Notes under the pieces: generated by a model
The model's database searches: none
Told to the model about the DNA's origin: nothing
Seen by the model: only the letters and a program-made list of their open reading frames with translations
Source of the DNA: Nymphaea colorata
Lineage: Eukaryota
Assembly: GCF_008831285.2 (NCBI RefSeq)
Contig: NC_045138.2
Span: 1,984,001 to 2,048,000 of the forward strand
Direction of reading: 5' to 3'
Length of the DNA: 64,000 nt
Shown here: in pieces, positions 40,540 to 53,450 of the stretch
Layout: the number at the start of each line of letters is the position of its first letter
Position numbering within the stretch: position 1 is the stretch's first letter
Made by a program: the position numbers and the translations under genes

Positions 40540-40574
<35 letters not shown>

Positions 40575-41160
40575 GGTACCCCTAATGCACTTCAACTTGT
40601 GGTACTAGTGTCATCTCTTTTGCAGCATAGGAAAATGATGCTCATGATGCTTGAATTAGTGACTGACCGCCTACCAGCCACAAGCTCAAGTCATTGTGTC
40701 AACCTTTTTGGGAATATTCTTGATGGTGTTCGGCGGCAAAAGCTATTAAAACAGGAAGCGTGAGAGAAAGGGGAAAGAGTGGCACCCCTAATCCACTTTA
40801 ACTTGTGCACCGGTGCCGTCTTGTTTGCAGCATAGAAAGATCATGCTCATGATGCTCAAACTAGTGACTGGCCGCCTACCAGCCACAAGCCCAAGTCGTT
40901 ATGCCGACCTCCATGGTATTCACCTGGCAGATGTTATTACAGAGGGAGGGGTCGAGAGAGAGAAAGAAAAAAGAGAGTGGCATTCATTATGCACTTCAAC
41001 TTGTACACTGGTGTCATCTCATTTGCAGCACAGGAAGATGATGCACATGACACTCAAACAAGCAATCAGCCGCCTACCAGCTGCAAGCCCAAGTTGCTCA
41101 GGGGATATTACTGATTGTGTGCTATTGGCAAAAGCTATTAAAGAGAGAGAGGGAGAGAGG
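40410..41160. repeat. Four degenerate ~200-bp tandem units separated by (GA)-rich linkers
   Basis: Units start at ~40410, 40621, 40826 and 41024 with TGCAGCA...ATGA..CTCATGA...CCGCCTACCAGC, and most end GTGG.A.CCCTAAT.CACTT.AACTTGT. A further related unit lies at ~38200-38280. Confidence 0.8.
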
Positions 41161-41439
41161 TATGCTGATATTCATCATTACTCGAAATGGTTTGATTGGA
41201 ATATCATTCAACATGGTTCCAACAGGATGTTGGATCAAACACAGGTCATACACATAGAGAAGAGAGGGAGCACATGATCACTCAAAATGATGCCAAGATG
41301 ATGTTGAAACAAGGAGAGCTTAGACACAAAAAATGAGAGAGAAGTAGTGCACACAAAATGGTTCCAAATTCCAACAGGATGCTGGAACAAAGAGGCCTCA
41401 TACACACAAAGAAGAGATAGGTGAGAGAGAGAGAGAGAG

Positions 41440-44039
41440 AGAGCCGATAAAATGAGAAATATATAACAAAATTTGGGGACAAGAAGTCCCCTAGATACAA
41501 AAACAATATGCAAAAGCAAAAGCAAAAAGATGAAATATACAATACAATACACAGTGAAAAAGAAAGGTGTGAATAGAGAGGAAAGACAGAGCGGCACTGT
41601 CACCCAGCCGCAGACGGACCACAGCGCCTTAACCAAAAGACAAACTGGACATCCCCCTGCACAAGACGAGCCGCAGAATCTGACGAAGAGAAGGTGTCTC
41701 TGAAGACCTTGTTGTTGCGCTCCTCCCAAATGCGCCACCAAGCTAAAATGAGTCACGACCTCCAAACACGACCCCAGGAAACAGACAGGTGGGGGGAAGG
41801 ACAAAAGAGGAACAGAAGATGAATGGATGGTGGGTTTGGAATACTACTAACAAGGGAAGACCAGGTAGAAGCAAGGACACTAAAGAAAAAAGGGAAAGAG
41901 GTAAAAAGGTGGACCCGAGACTTAGCCGCGACAAGACAGAGGGGACACTGGTTAGCCAAACTGATGCCTAGGCACTGTAAGTGGTTAAAAGTGTTGATGT
42001 GGCTAGTAAGAAGAAGCCAGACGAAAGCAATGGCACGAGGACATGGGCCAGGGGACCAAAGGGATCGAGGTGGGAGCGACGAAATCGAAGGACCAAAGGA
42101 GGCCAGGTAGCAAGAAGAAAAAGTGAACTCACAGGTAGGTGAGAAAGGCTAGGATGGGGATGTGGATGATGAGAGGTCAGCAAGGCGGAGGAAAAGAGGA
42201 ATTGTCTCACAAAAAGTGAAAGGGAGAGGGGTGAGAGATGGAACAATTCCAAACACTATGGGAAGGCAGGTCAAATGTGGAACAAATGAATTGAGTGATG
42301 GGAGAATGCTCAGTTGCCAGACGCCACCACCAAGAACACAGAGAAGATTCGCATGCCCGACTAAGGTTGGTAACCCCAGCACCCCCAAGAAGACGTGGAA
42401 AGGCAACCACATCCCAATGCGCAAGGCGATCCGAAGGCTGTCATATAAATTTACTTATAATCGTATCAAACCTACTTAGGACAACCACAGGAGGCCGATA
42501 GACAGCTAGAGCATGGAGGGGGACAGACACAAGACAGTGCCTAGCAAGAGTAATACGGCTTGGGAGAGAAAGCAGTTTTACCTGCCAACATTGAAGGCGA
42601 TCAATGAGCTTCTACTCCACTTCATTCCCAAAGAAGGGTGCAGGAGGCGACAACGTAATCTGAAGCACCCAGTAGTCCATGGACAGACCAGCAGCCTTAC
42701 ACTCAAAGCATGCTTCAGTGAGAAGTACCGTGGCCAGATCCACGTGAATGACAGAAAGGTGACATTTAGCGGAATTGATAGAAAGCCTCGAGATGAGTTC
42801 AATGGGTGGCGGGAAGTATTGCCGAACATGAGAAAGTGATCAGCATACTGAAGGGTGGAGAAGGTCTGTAAGTGGGGGAGTGTGAGGAAGCCAACGACCG
42901 TTGTGTGATGAAATAGAGCAGAAAAGCTCTCAGCGGCCAAGTTGAAAAGCAAGGGCGATAACGGACAACCCTGACGGAGGGCACACCCGAGACAGAAGAA
43001 ATCGTCACACTTCCCATTGAAGGAGACCGCAAGCTGGGCCCCAGTGGCAAGCGAAAGGATCCACTCTCTAAACGACGGACCAAAAGCAAGACGAGTGAGG
43101 AGGTTAGAAAGGAACTCCCAACTAACCGAGTCAAGGGCCTTAGAGATGTCCAATTTAAGGATGAAGAAAGGAAGCCGTAGATAGTAAATGGAGTGAACAA
43201 CCTCATTGGCCAGGATAACAGCGTCCTGCAAACGCCAACCCTTGATGAAAGCGACCTGGAAGGGGTTAATAATAGAAGACATGACCGGCGCAAGTCGCAA
43301 AGAGAGCAACTTAGCAATAATCTTGTAAGGCGTGCCTAAGATGGAGATCGGGCAAAAGTGGGTGACGTCCGTATGGTTAGGGCGCTTAGGCACTAAGACG
43401 CAGGTAGCTTGATTAAATTCCTTAAGGAATATGGAAATGAAGGCAAACTCATCACAAAATGCAAACACATCAGTGCTACAAACATCCCGAAAGGTACGAA
43501 AAAATTCGATAAGGAAACCATCGATGTCAGGCGCCTTACCGGAGCCAAGGGCCCAAATAGCGTTCTTGATCTCTTGGTGCAGGAAGGGCAGCTCCAGAGA
43601 GATCGCACATGAGACAGAGAGGGAAGAGATGTGAAAATTCGGCAGCGGGGCACGGAAGTGAAGAGGCTTAGTAGAAATCCAGAAAATGAGCGGTCAAAGC
43701 CGGGAGAATGTCATCACCGAGAAAAACTCTGTGCCCGATAACCATGGACTGGAGCAACGTCTGACGATGCCTTTGAGAGGCAGCCAAGTGGAAGAATTTA
43801 TAATTCTGGTCTCTATATGCAAGCCAACCTGGGCAAAACACTGAAGACAAAGGAGAAGAGAAGATTGGTCTGCAGAAATATTGTCAGAAGACTGGAGAGA
43901 CAGGATCTCCTCATCTTAAACGAACACCTCAAAAAATTTGCCGCTCCAGAAAATACGCTTTCAAGTGAATACCTCCCTCCTGATGGAGTGCAACTTTCGC
44001 AAGAGCCTGAAAGCAGCCCACCTACCATTGACGATGCGC
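41440..44039 (-). mobile_element. L1-clade LINE, 3' half of ORF2 (RT, zf-RVT) and 3' UTR, degenerate
   Basis: Motifs PISILGTPYKIIAKLL, QVAFIKG, LKLDISKALDSVSW, LRQGCPLSPLLF and LQYADH; zf-RVT-like CPLCLVAAKSRVHLF; WWRIWEERNN; (TC)n tail at ~41425-41443. Multiple stops and frameshifts. Confidence 0.92.
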
Positions 44040-47000
44040 CTTCTCTCCCACCGCCCGTCCTTGCGTGTGATTCTCTTTCTTCTCTCCCTCTCCCTTCTCA
44101 TTCCCCCTCTCTCCGTCTACCCCACCCCTCTGCCTGTCTCTCGCAGTCGGACTAGCCCGCCCGTTCGCTCACTCCCTGCCTGCCCTGTCTTCATCTCTCT
44201 CACCCGCCCGTTTTGGCCGTCCGCTCACTCCCTTCGGTTGTTGTGGCGTGGTATGGGGTGCCCCTTGCAGCCAGCTGCATTCTCTCTCTAATCCTTCGAG
44301 GCGTTTTGACGCCTGTGGGGCGTCTGATCATGGAGGGTCTTTTGCTTGGGGACTTCTCTCCTCTCCTTGGAGCTGAGCGGTAACTGTTCGATGATTTGTC
44401 CATTATAGCTTGTGGGCATTTTGTTTGCGGACCGGTCCTCCTTCGGTGCCTTGCTCTCACGTTGTGCTAAGTTGTGTCTCACCAGCCTACGGGGCCGTGC
44501 TCAGCTTAGGCTTTGAGCGGGTCCGGACGCAGCTGCCCATGGCAGTGGGTGGGCACACACATGAGATTGGCTTCGTTGCTTTGGACTGACCAGTTTGCTC
44601 TTGCACGGTGTTGATGTCATGGCAACACTTCCTCCTCCTCCACCTTTGCGACCACCGCCGAGGCTTGGGTTGGGGGACCCAGTCTTTGTGGTATCAGGCC
44701 GCATAACCCCCTCCCCTTAATCGCTTGCTTTGTCGTGCTGCAAGTTTTCTTTACTCGACTGAGGGTGTTCGTCATGCTATGACGTTATCTTTCAATTGGC
44801 AGTCTACCATCTTCAATTGTGTTTTTACCGGCTCACTTCAGCTGCAAGACGCTCATAGCCTCCTCCAGGCATTCCTCCCCCTCGCACGTTGTTGCTTTCT
44901 CCTTTTGCAAATGGATGATTATTCCTTGCGACCGAGGCTCCCCAAGGTGGTCTCTATTGGTAGGCCGGCCCCCTCGCCTTGGTGTGTCCCCTCTTCCCGG
45001 CGTTCTTCGATCTGTCGCTTCTATACGCGTCAAATGGGGCCAGTGGTGGTGTCAGAGGTGTGCTTCCTTGAACGGCCGTCGAGCCGTCACGTGTTCCCAC
45101 TGTCGTTTTCCTGTTGGTCAGAATGATCGTCGCATTTTTGGTCGGCGGCATGACTTTGCAGCGGTTGCTTCTTCCTTCTGGGTCCAGGTTCCCCTGCCAG
45201 CTGTACCTCGGTCGCCTTCTTCGGATGCTAGCGCTATTTTCTTTGGCTCTATCAGACTTCCTTGGCCTGGGCCTGCTTGTCCTGGTACACGGGGTCCGCC
45301 TTTCTCAGTAGAGGTTCCACAGATCCTCAACCCAGGTGGTCTACCACACCAATGCTCTTCGATGGCCAAGCTCATGCCTTCACAACTCCCACCCTTGCTT
45401 CCCTCACTGCGGAAGCCTGCCTCACCTTCGCGATGGAGTCCTACCTGCTCTTTGTCGCACTCCCCTGAGGTAACTTGCTTGCCCCTTCCTTTTTCAGCTT
45501 CGCCAGTTGGGGTCTCACGCGTGTCCACCTTGGGATGCCCCGACCCGGTGTTGTCTGTTGCTCAGTCTGACCTTGGCGACGTTCGGTCCTCTGCACTGTC
45601 ACTGTTGGCTGCCCACCCGTCAGTAGGGGATCACCCCCTTGAGGTCGTTGTTGTTGCTTGCTCTTGTTCGACTGAGGCCTCCGCTGTCTTGACCTCTGGC
45701 ATTTCGTCACCCCCAGCCAACCCACCTCCCTCTGTTGCCTGTTGCCTGTTCCTTGCTCCTTACCTTTGTTACTGGCCCCCCTCTGCCCCCTCTACTACTC
45801 AGGACCTCCTCCTTTGCCCATCTGCTCTGTATCTCTTCTGTTTCTTTTGATAGTAGCTTTACCACCGACTTGTCTTCCCTGCATTTACTGCTCCATCGGC
45901 TCAGTCGCGGCTCTCCTCGCAACCCCACCTGCCTACCCCTCCCACCTGTTAGCCCTGCCCTCCCCATCTCTCATGTTGACACTTTTTCCCCCGCTTTGCG
46001 GTTTGATTCTGCATCCACCACTGCCCCCCCCCCCCCATCCTCCCCTCTCTCTCCTGCTCAGTTGCCTGGTACCACATCTAGACCTGTTGTTTGTCCCTCC
46101 TTGCCCGATAGGTTGCCACCTGTTGCCCCTTCATTGGATGCTAAGCTTGGTATCTCCCTTCCCGATGTGCTTGCCACTCTTAAGGTCTCTCTTCCACAGG
46201 TGAAACTTGAGTTGTTGCGTTCTTCTTATGTTGTCGTTAGGCCTGGGCACCGGGCCGGGCCGAGCGTCGTCGGGTACCCGGACCGAACTAGGCCCGGGCC
46301 TTGAAATAAGAATTAACGGGCCGATTATTACTGTGCCCGACCCGGCCGGTAATATTCGGGTCGGGCCTGGGTGTCACACTTCGTTCGTCATGGGCCCGAG
46401 AAGCCCGACGAACGTTAGGGACTTAGGGTTTTTGTTTCGTTTTGTTAAGTTCGTAATGACGGATGCCCTCACTTTCTCGCGCCTTTGTTCCTCTTTTCAA
46501 CTCATCGCCCTGCTCAACATCTGCCGGCCACCCGGGTCTTGGACTGCCGACGGCCACTCACTGTCACCAATTGAATAAAGTGCATCTTTGAGGTTACTTT
46601 TGTTTTCTTCTCCATTGACTCATTGGTAGCAGCTGCAACCCAAACCCTTTCTGCCGACGGCCACTCGGAGTCTCGAACCACACTGAACAGGTCAAATCTC
46701 CCTCTCTACCTCTCTCATTTCTTTCTGTCCTCTTGCTGACTCTCACCCTCAATTTCTCGTGTTCTCTTTTCCTCCTTGCTGGACAACTGCAGCCTGAACG
46801 TCCTAGAGGCCACCAACATCTGTGATCTGTCACCGCTTGAAGCCACCGTGCATCTCTGAGGTTACTCTTTATTTCTCTCGTTCTATCTACGTTTTCTTCT
46901 CTATTGACTCAGCTCTGAGTTTACTCCTATCATTCTCTAATATGATGGTTGGTAAAACAGAAAACAAGGAAAGAACCTGTACAAGGGCATGTTACTAGAA

Positions 47001-48304
47001 TGTTTAATAAAAATCAGCCCAACTCATTACCTTAAGTAAAGCTTCAATATGCCCAAATTTAACGAAGAAGGGGTCAGCAGACTTCCTCTGATGGCCTTTT
47101 ATTTATTTCTTTATGTCTGTTTTAGAACCTTTTGTGCCATGTATATCAATTTATAAAGTTTGGGTGACTACTGAAAAGCCAAAATTTATAAAGTTTAGTT
47201 TTTTTTTATAAAGCCTAGGAGTTGTGACTATGGCTAGAACAGGTTAAGATACAAAGAATCCTACATGAGCTGACATTAGAGTTGCAAAGGGAGTAGATAC
47301 GCTATTGAAATTGCTCTAATGGTCCGACCGAAATGGAGTTGGGCACACTAGAAACTGGAAAAATTCTTCAAACCAAATTGATACGGGCGACTTTCAAGTT
47401 GCAGCACTGCCAAGATGAATGAAGATAAACTGAAACTAATATCTTGCTTATTGGATAAACAAAGATCAACAAAAACAAATATTAAAACCAAACTACCTAT
47501 CCCTTTCCATGAAAACATTAGTTTTATCTGTACTGTCGCATCAAAGCTAATTGATTTAAGATGGTTTTAGAGTATTTGACTTAACTAAGTAAAACAAAAT
47601 GAAACGTAACTGTGGCAAGCTGTTAAAGTAGGGAAGGTGGAGCTCCACTAATGATGTTCATGCTTCTGCAGTTGCCTTGTACATTCTTCTTGCAATTTTT
47701 GGCGTTTCAGTAATGAAAACATTAGCTTGATTGGTGGCCTTTCCACTGTCGTGTACATTCTTTTTGCAATTTTTTTTGTTCTAAGGAATGTAATGAGCTT
47801 TATTGTTTAACAAGTCTTGGTAATGAAGTTGTGTGAGAGAGAGAAAAAAAAAGAGAGAAAACAGGTAGCTACGGGACCCACATAAACCATACTTGATGGG
47901 CTGAGCAGCTAATTCCAATTATGTTAGATGGCTGAAATTAAATAATTTAAATTGTAAATGAAATCTTTTATCTCATTTAATAGGTATTTGGAACGGTCAA
48001 ACAAGCAACTTAGCTCATGTATTGGCAATTTAATTTCTAATTATGTTATATGAATCACCGAAATCTGGTATATAAGGGTGTATTTTTTTTCCTTCTTGCT
48101 CTTATAAGTTTATACTTGATAGTATTTTGTCATATCTTATCATGCTATTATGTTGTTTTATAACTTATGTTCTACATGCATTTTAGTATGAGAAATCTAT
48201 GTTAAGCAGTGGCATTGGCATCTTAATTAATCACGGTTCTAAAACTGGTTTATGATCATGTGTTTACTGTTTAGGTTGTTTGAATTCCATTCAATTAGTA
48301 AATT

Positions 48305-50270
48305 ATGTCTTCTAGCATTGGGAATGAAGAATATTGTCCAACGACATTGACAGATATAGAGGAAAATGAATCTTTTTCATCTACTGAAAAGGAAGTTGAA
48401 TCCAAGAGGAAAAGAACTTCAGTTGTATGGAATGACTTCAAATTAGTACAGTATAAGGAAAACAAGTTTGCAAAATGCAACCATTGTGGAGAACGATTAG
48501 GTGGACATAGTTCTAATGGTACGGGCCACTTAAAACGACATAGAGATACATGTGCCAAAAAGACAAATTGCTCATGGAAAACAACAAACTTTGTCAATTG
48601 GAGTTAGTGATTCTGGTGCAACTTCTTTAGGTCTCACAAATTTGATATGGAGGCTATAAGAAAATGTATGGCGAAGTGTACAATCATGCATGAACTTCTT
48701 TTTAGTTTTACAGAATATGAATATCACAATGATCTTCTAAAGGCTTGCAATTTAAGATTTGTTCCATTTTCTAGAAAAACACTTACAAAAGAGGTTCAGT
48801 CAATGTTCAAGACTGAAAAAATGTGATATCAAGGAGTTTTAAATAACCATGTGCAGCAGGTTTCGTTGACATTTGACATGTGGTCCTCACAACAGACATT
48901 AGGATATTTATGCTTGACAGCTCAATATATTGATACAGATTGGCAATTGCACTCTCATATACTTAATTTTATGCATGTGTCTCCACCACATAATGCAATT
49001 TGTATAAGTGACATTTTATTCGAGTGCATTACTAAGTGGGAAATTCAATTGAAGTTGTTTTCTATTACTGCTGATAACTGTTCAGCAAATGATAGTAGAA
49101 TAAGTTTACTAAGAAAGACCATGGAAAGAAAAAACAATATTTCATTTCCACTGAAAGGGGAATACGTTCATATTCGTTGTGGTGCACATATTATAAATCT
49201 CATGGTTCAAGATGGTATGAATGATATGGTTGATACAATTTCAAAAATTCGTGACAGTGTTAAATGTGTAAGGGGATCACCAAAACGACTACATGGGTTC
49301 AAGCAATGTGTAAAGGCAATGAGTTTGGATGAGAAAAAAAGTTTAAACTATGATGTTCCTACTCGATGAAATTCTACATTTATAATGTTGAGAGATGCAT
49401 TGTTATTCAAAGATGTCCTTCAACATTTGGCATCATGTGATGCTAGTTATGCATGTTTGCCTTCTGAGGATGAGTGGTCTCATGCATCTGATTTATGTCA
49501 GTTCTTAAAGGTATTTTATGATGCAACAAATCTATTCTCTACCTCTAAGCAAGTAACATCTAATCTTGTTTTTGAAGAAGTTTTATCAATTTATCATCAT
49601 TTGCATAGGCATCATGGAACATCAAATGAACATATGAAGGCACTGATTTGCAAAATGCAAGAAAAATTTGACAAATACTTCAAGAGCTACAATGTTCTCT
49701 TTGCAATTGCAGTTGTTTTGGATCCTAGGTTTAAGTTGTCGTACTTGAAGTATTTGCTTGATGATTTGGATAAACTAGATACAATGGTAAAACATGAAGT
49801 TGTAGAGAACATCATTCATGAATTGTATGTTGAATACAATAACATGTATGATGAAAGTGACACAAGTAATATGCGAAGGGACAATGCATATACTAGTACC
49901 ATGATTGCAACAGAAGAGTATAGAAGTGTGGCTAGATTTGGGTTCAAAGCATACTTCAGTTTTGTCTCTCCTGTAGTGGCTCACACAGATTTGAACAAAT
50001 ATTTGACTTGATCCAATGAAAGAAATTGCACATAATGCAGACTTCAACATATTATCTTAGTGGAAAACAAATGAAAGTAAATATAAAATTGTAGCCAAAA
50101 TGGGTCGAGATGTATTAGCCATTCCTGTATCTACAGTTGCTTTAGAATCTGCGTTCAGTATAGCAGAAAGAATTCTTAATGATTATTAATGTTCAACTAC
50201 TCCTGAAAATGTGGAATCATTAATCTGCACACAGAGTTGGATTTGTGATGCACACAACTTGGGTGAAAGG
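48305..50270 (+). pseudogene. hAT transposase pseudogene (BED finger, DDE core, dimerization domain)
   Basis: Motifs SVVWNDF...CNHC...GTGHLKRH, SLTFDMWSS, ITADN, HIRCGAHIINL, DVPTR*NS (W to TGA at 49367), LDPRFK and RDVLAIPVSTVALESAFS, with several stops and frameshifts. Confidence 0.93.
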
Positions 50271-50539
50271 TAAGATGTTCGTAGTCCATTTTCTAATTTA
50301 TTTTACATATTAACATAATAGTGTGCTTAAATTAACATGTGCTACAGTTCTCATGATGCAAAGCACCATTCGAACGAGGAAAGTTAATCCAATGCATGAT
50401 TATCATGATAATTTTTTTAATTAATGTTTATTATTCCATGTAGACAAGCACCTATTAATTTTTATTAACATTTCTTTTTTGTGTTAAATTGTATATGGAC
50501 ATTTCAAGGATGGTGACGGACTTTGAAGACATTTAGTTT

Positions 50540-50800
50540 GAACATGCCACATTCAAGTTTCAATTTTATTTTTAAATAATGCTTTTGTTAAGTCAAATGA
50601 TGGTGGTGGTGGTTGTATTAGTGTGAACATGCCACGTTCAAGTTAATTTTATTTTTAAATGATGCTTTTGTTAATTCAAATGATGGTGGTGGTATTACTG
50701 TGAACATGCCACATTCAAGTTAATTTATTTCTAAATGGTAGCTTTTGTTAATTCAAATGATGGTCGTGGTAGTTGTATTACTGTGAACATGCCACATTCA
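50540..50800. repeat. ~80-bp tandem repeat inside the hAT 3' region
   Basis: GAACATGCCAC.TTCAA at 50540, 50625, 50702 and 50785, with AAATGATGGT.GTGGT spacers. Confidence 0.85.
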
Positions 50801-53450
50801 ATTGTTGGTTGTCTTGTTAATGACAAAAAGTTGTCTTGTCTGATAATGAGACTAGCTCTTGAAGTAATAGTTTCAATTGTTGGAAATTACACTATTTGGT
50901 TTATGTTTCTTCATCAATTGTTGGCCATTTTGTCGCTGTTGCTTGTTGCTGCTCCCTTTCGTTGCCTAAAAAAGTTATAGTTTGGTATGGTCCCATCTGA
51001 GAGTGGAATGGACGAAAATTGCTTTCAACAATGCCTGTTTTTTTGGTAGACGTGGGTTCATTTAACAGGCTGAATGTATATGTTTCTTGTAAGCACGACA
51101 AAAAGATTAAAAACCGAATGGGCCCAACCCGACCCGACCCACCCCGACCCGCCCCGGCCCGGCCCGGTTCGGCAGTTAACAAAACGGGCCGGGTCGGGCC
51201 TTGGACATAGTTGACCCAGCCCGGTACCCGGCCCGGCCCGTTACTAATCGGGTTGGGTAGCGGGCCGATAGTATCCACATCCGGGCCTTAAACGGGCCGG
51301 GCTGGCCTGATGCCCAGGCCTAGTTGCCGTTGCCGCACTGGTCTCCCACTCCAACCTTGCCAGGTTGCGGCAGGAATTGTGTAGGATTAGGGCTTCTGCA
51401 GCCTCTATCCTCCCTCCAGTGCTGCTAGGACGGTCAGGCGTGCGTCGCATCACTTGCTTTCCCCATGAGGCTAGCGTGTTGGAATGTGTGGGGCCTGAGT
51501 GCTCATTATCTGTGTAGATATCTCTCTTTTTGGGTCTGTCAGCATGGACCTTCAGTGTTTATCGTGGTTGAGACCAATTTGTCTGTCATCTCTCATGCTT
51601 GTGTTTGTACTTTGTTGCGTCAACCGTCCTTCGGGTTTCTACTGGCTAATGGTGCCACTGGCGGCATCCTGCTAACTTGGTCTCCACCTCTTACGGGGGT
51701 TGTTGTGCATGTTGGTAGATACTCTATCTCGGCTTCTCTCAATGGTCTTTGGCCCAATGGCCCGGTCTTAGTTACTGCGATATATGGCCCTTGCGTTGGG
51801 GCTTTGTGTGACCAGCTGTGGGCTGAACTGCATCTTGTTTGTCAGCTTGCTGCCTCACCTTGGCTGTTGGCAGGAGACTTCAATTGTTTGCTTAGCCCTG
51901 CTGACTCGTCCTCCCTTATCACTTCGGGTCTGTTTATGCCTGCTTTTCGATCGTTTGTTGATGAGTTCGGTCTTTTTGACGTGCCTCTGAATAATGGTAA
52001 GTTTACTTAGTCCAACAATAAGAACCCTCCTATTCTTGGACCGTATTTTTCTCTCGCCTGAGTTGTTCTCTGCTTTTCCTTCGTCCTCCTTAGTTCTTGG
52101 ATCGAGGCACTTGTCTGATCATGCTCCATTGCTCCTTTCCCTTCTTCAGGGTAGGGCTGGTACCGGGCACGCCAAGTTCCGTTTTGAGCTTGAGATGAAT
52201 CTTTTGTGGCTGTCGTGGAGAGAGAGAAGACACGCACTAGGGAGGGTCCGGGCAAGAACACCCTGCGAAATCCTCCCCACAACAGAAAAGGAAAAATTTT
52301 ATTAAACTACTTTGGCTGGCCCGCAAGCGCACCCGCTAAGGCGCAGCCAAGAACAGACGACCATTTTGTCATGCCAGACATCGCCTCTTCCTCCGCTTTC
52401 TTCCACCAGGCACGTAGGCCATGTGGACATAGTCATCGCAACACCTTACAGACACATTCGCATACGAACTTTTGCACGAAGAAACATAAAACATTTGAAG
52501 GCATCGAGCCTAGACTTCAATTAATACATCTTGAAGGAAAAGAAGTCTCAGTGATGCAGTGGACCTGAACGACAAGCAACCAATTCCAGTATAAATAGGA
52601 AAGACTTCAGAAAACAACGTAACTCTATCGTCAAACATATCAAAGAAAGGAAGGACGTACTCGTCAGTCTCGTTCGACAGAAGGCACTTTTGTCCCTCTC
52701 CTCTCTCATCCCATGTTGAGGCATCAAGCATCATCATCAGAAATCTACTACAAATGTCAGACATGGTAAAACAATGTCACTTGATGTTCCTTGGAACACT
52801 TGTGTTCCGGCTACCAAATGCTATTTAATTTAAGAAGCAATGGAAAGAATCTCTTTGTCCCTCATTAAGTAGGAAACAGGAAAGTCGTTCGATGTGGTTG
52901 GTTTTATCTGCTAATGTCATTCATAGCTGCCAAGAAGAGAGACGGTCTTATATAGGGCATTATCCAATCCTGAAGAACTCACTTGGTTAAAGAATTGGAC
53001 TTATAATTTTTGGTCAAGAAAGTTAGACATCTGGTAAGGTTTAGTCTGCCGAAAAAGGAGGGCAAAAACGAACAAAAATGGGTCCTCACTGTAGGGAAGG
53101 AATGTAAAAAGTGGATTTATAAAAAGAATTTACAAGATTTGATTTGGATAAACTGTCGATTAAAAGCTGGACAAAAAGGTTAGAAAAGAAAACGCAAGAT
53201 GATGAACTTACAGAAACTATGAAGATAATGGGAGGCCCAACGATGCATGTAGGCCTCAATAACAGTGGATAGCAAGAAAATATATCACTAATCACAAAGG
53301 CGAAAGAAAAAGATAAAAGCGACATAAGAAAAAAATAAACAAACTAAAAACTAGCAAACAAAAACCAGAACAACAACAAAAGAAAGAGGAGGAGAGAGAG
53401 GCGGATCGTTCAGGAGAGAGAGAGAGAGAAAGAGAGAGAAAAGAGAGTAC

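Larger units (their letters stand above)
46238..51322 (+). mobile_element. hAT (Ac-like) DNA transposon, 5085 bp, defective
   Basis: 12-bp TIRs TAGGCCTGGGCA / TGCCCAGGCCTA; 8-bp TSD GTTGTCGT (46230-46237) / GTTGCCGT (51323-51330); GC-rich CCGG subterminal repeats. Confidence 0.95.
44040..52191 (+). mobile_element. 5' part of the same L1 LINE (5' UTR, ORF1, APE endonuclease), inverted and interrupted by a hAT element
   Basis: CT-rich leader; Pro/Ser-rich ORF1 remnants at 44819-46237 continue after 51322. ORF2 starts at 51465 with MRLACWNVWGL...GGILLTW...IYGP...WLLAGDFN...LDRIF...SDHAPLLL...FRFEL and ends at 52191. Confidence 0.85.

Noticed and set aside
40410..41160. CRISPR-like repeat-spacer appearance (also 50540-50800)
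   Set aside because: Eukaryotic context, units homologous along their whole length with no unique spacers, and no cas genes.
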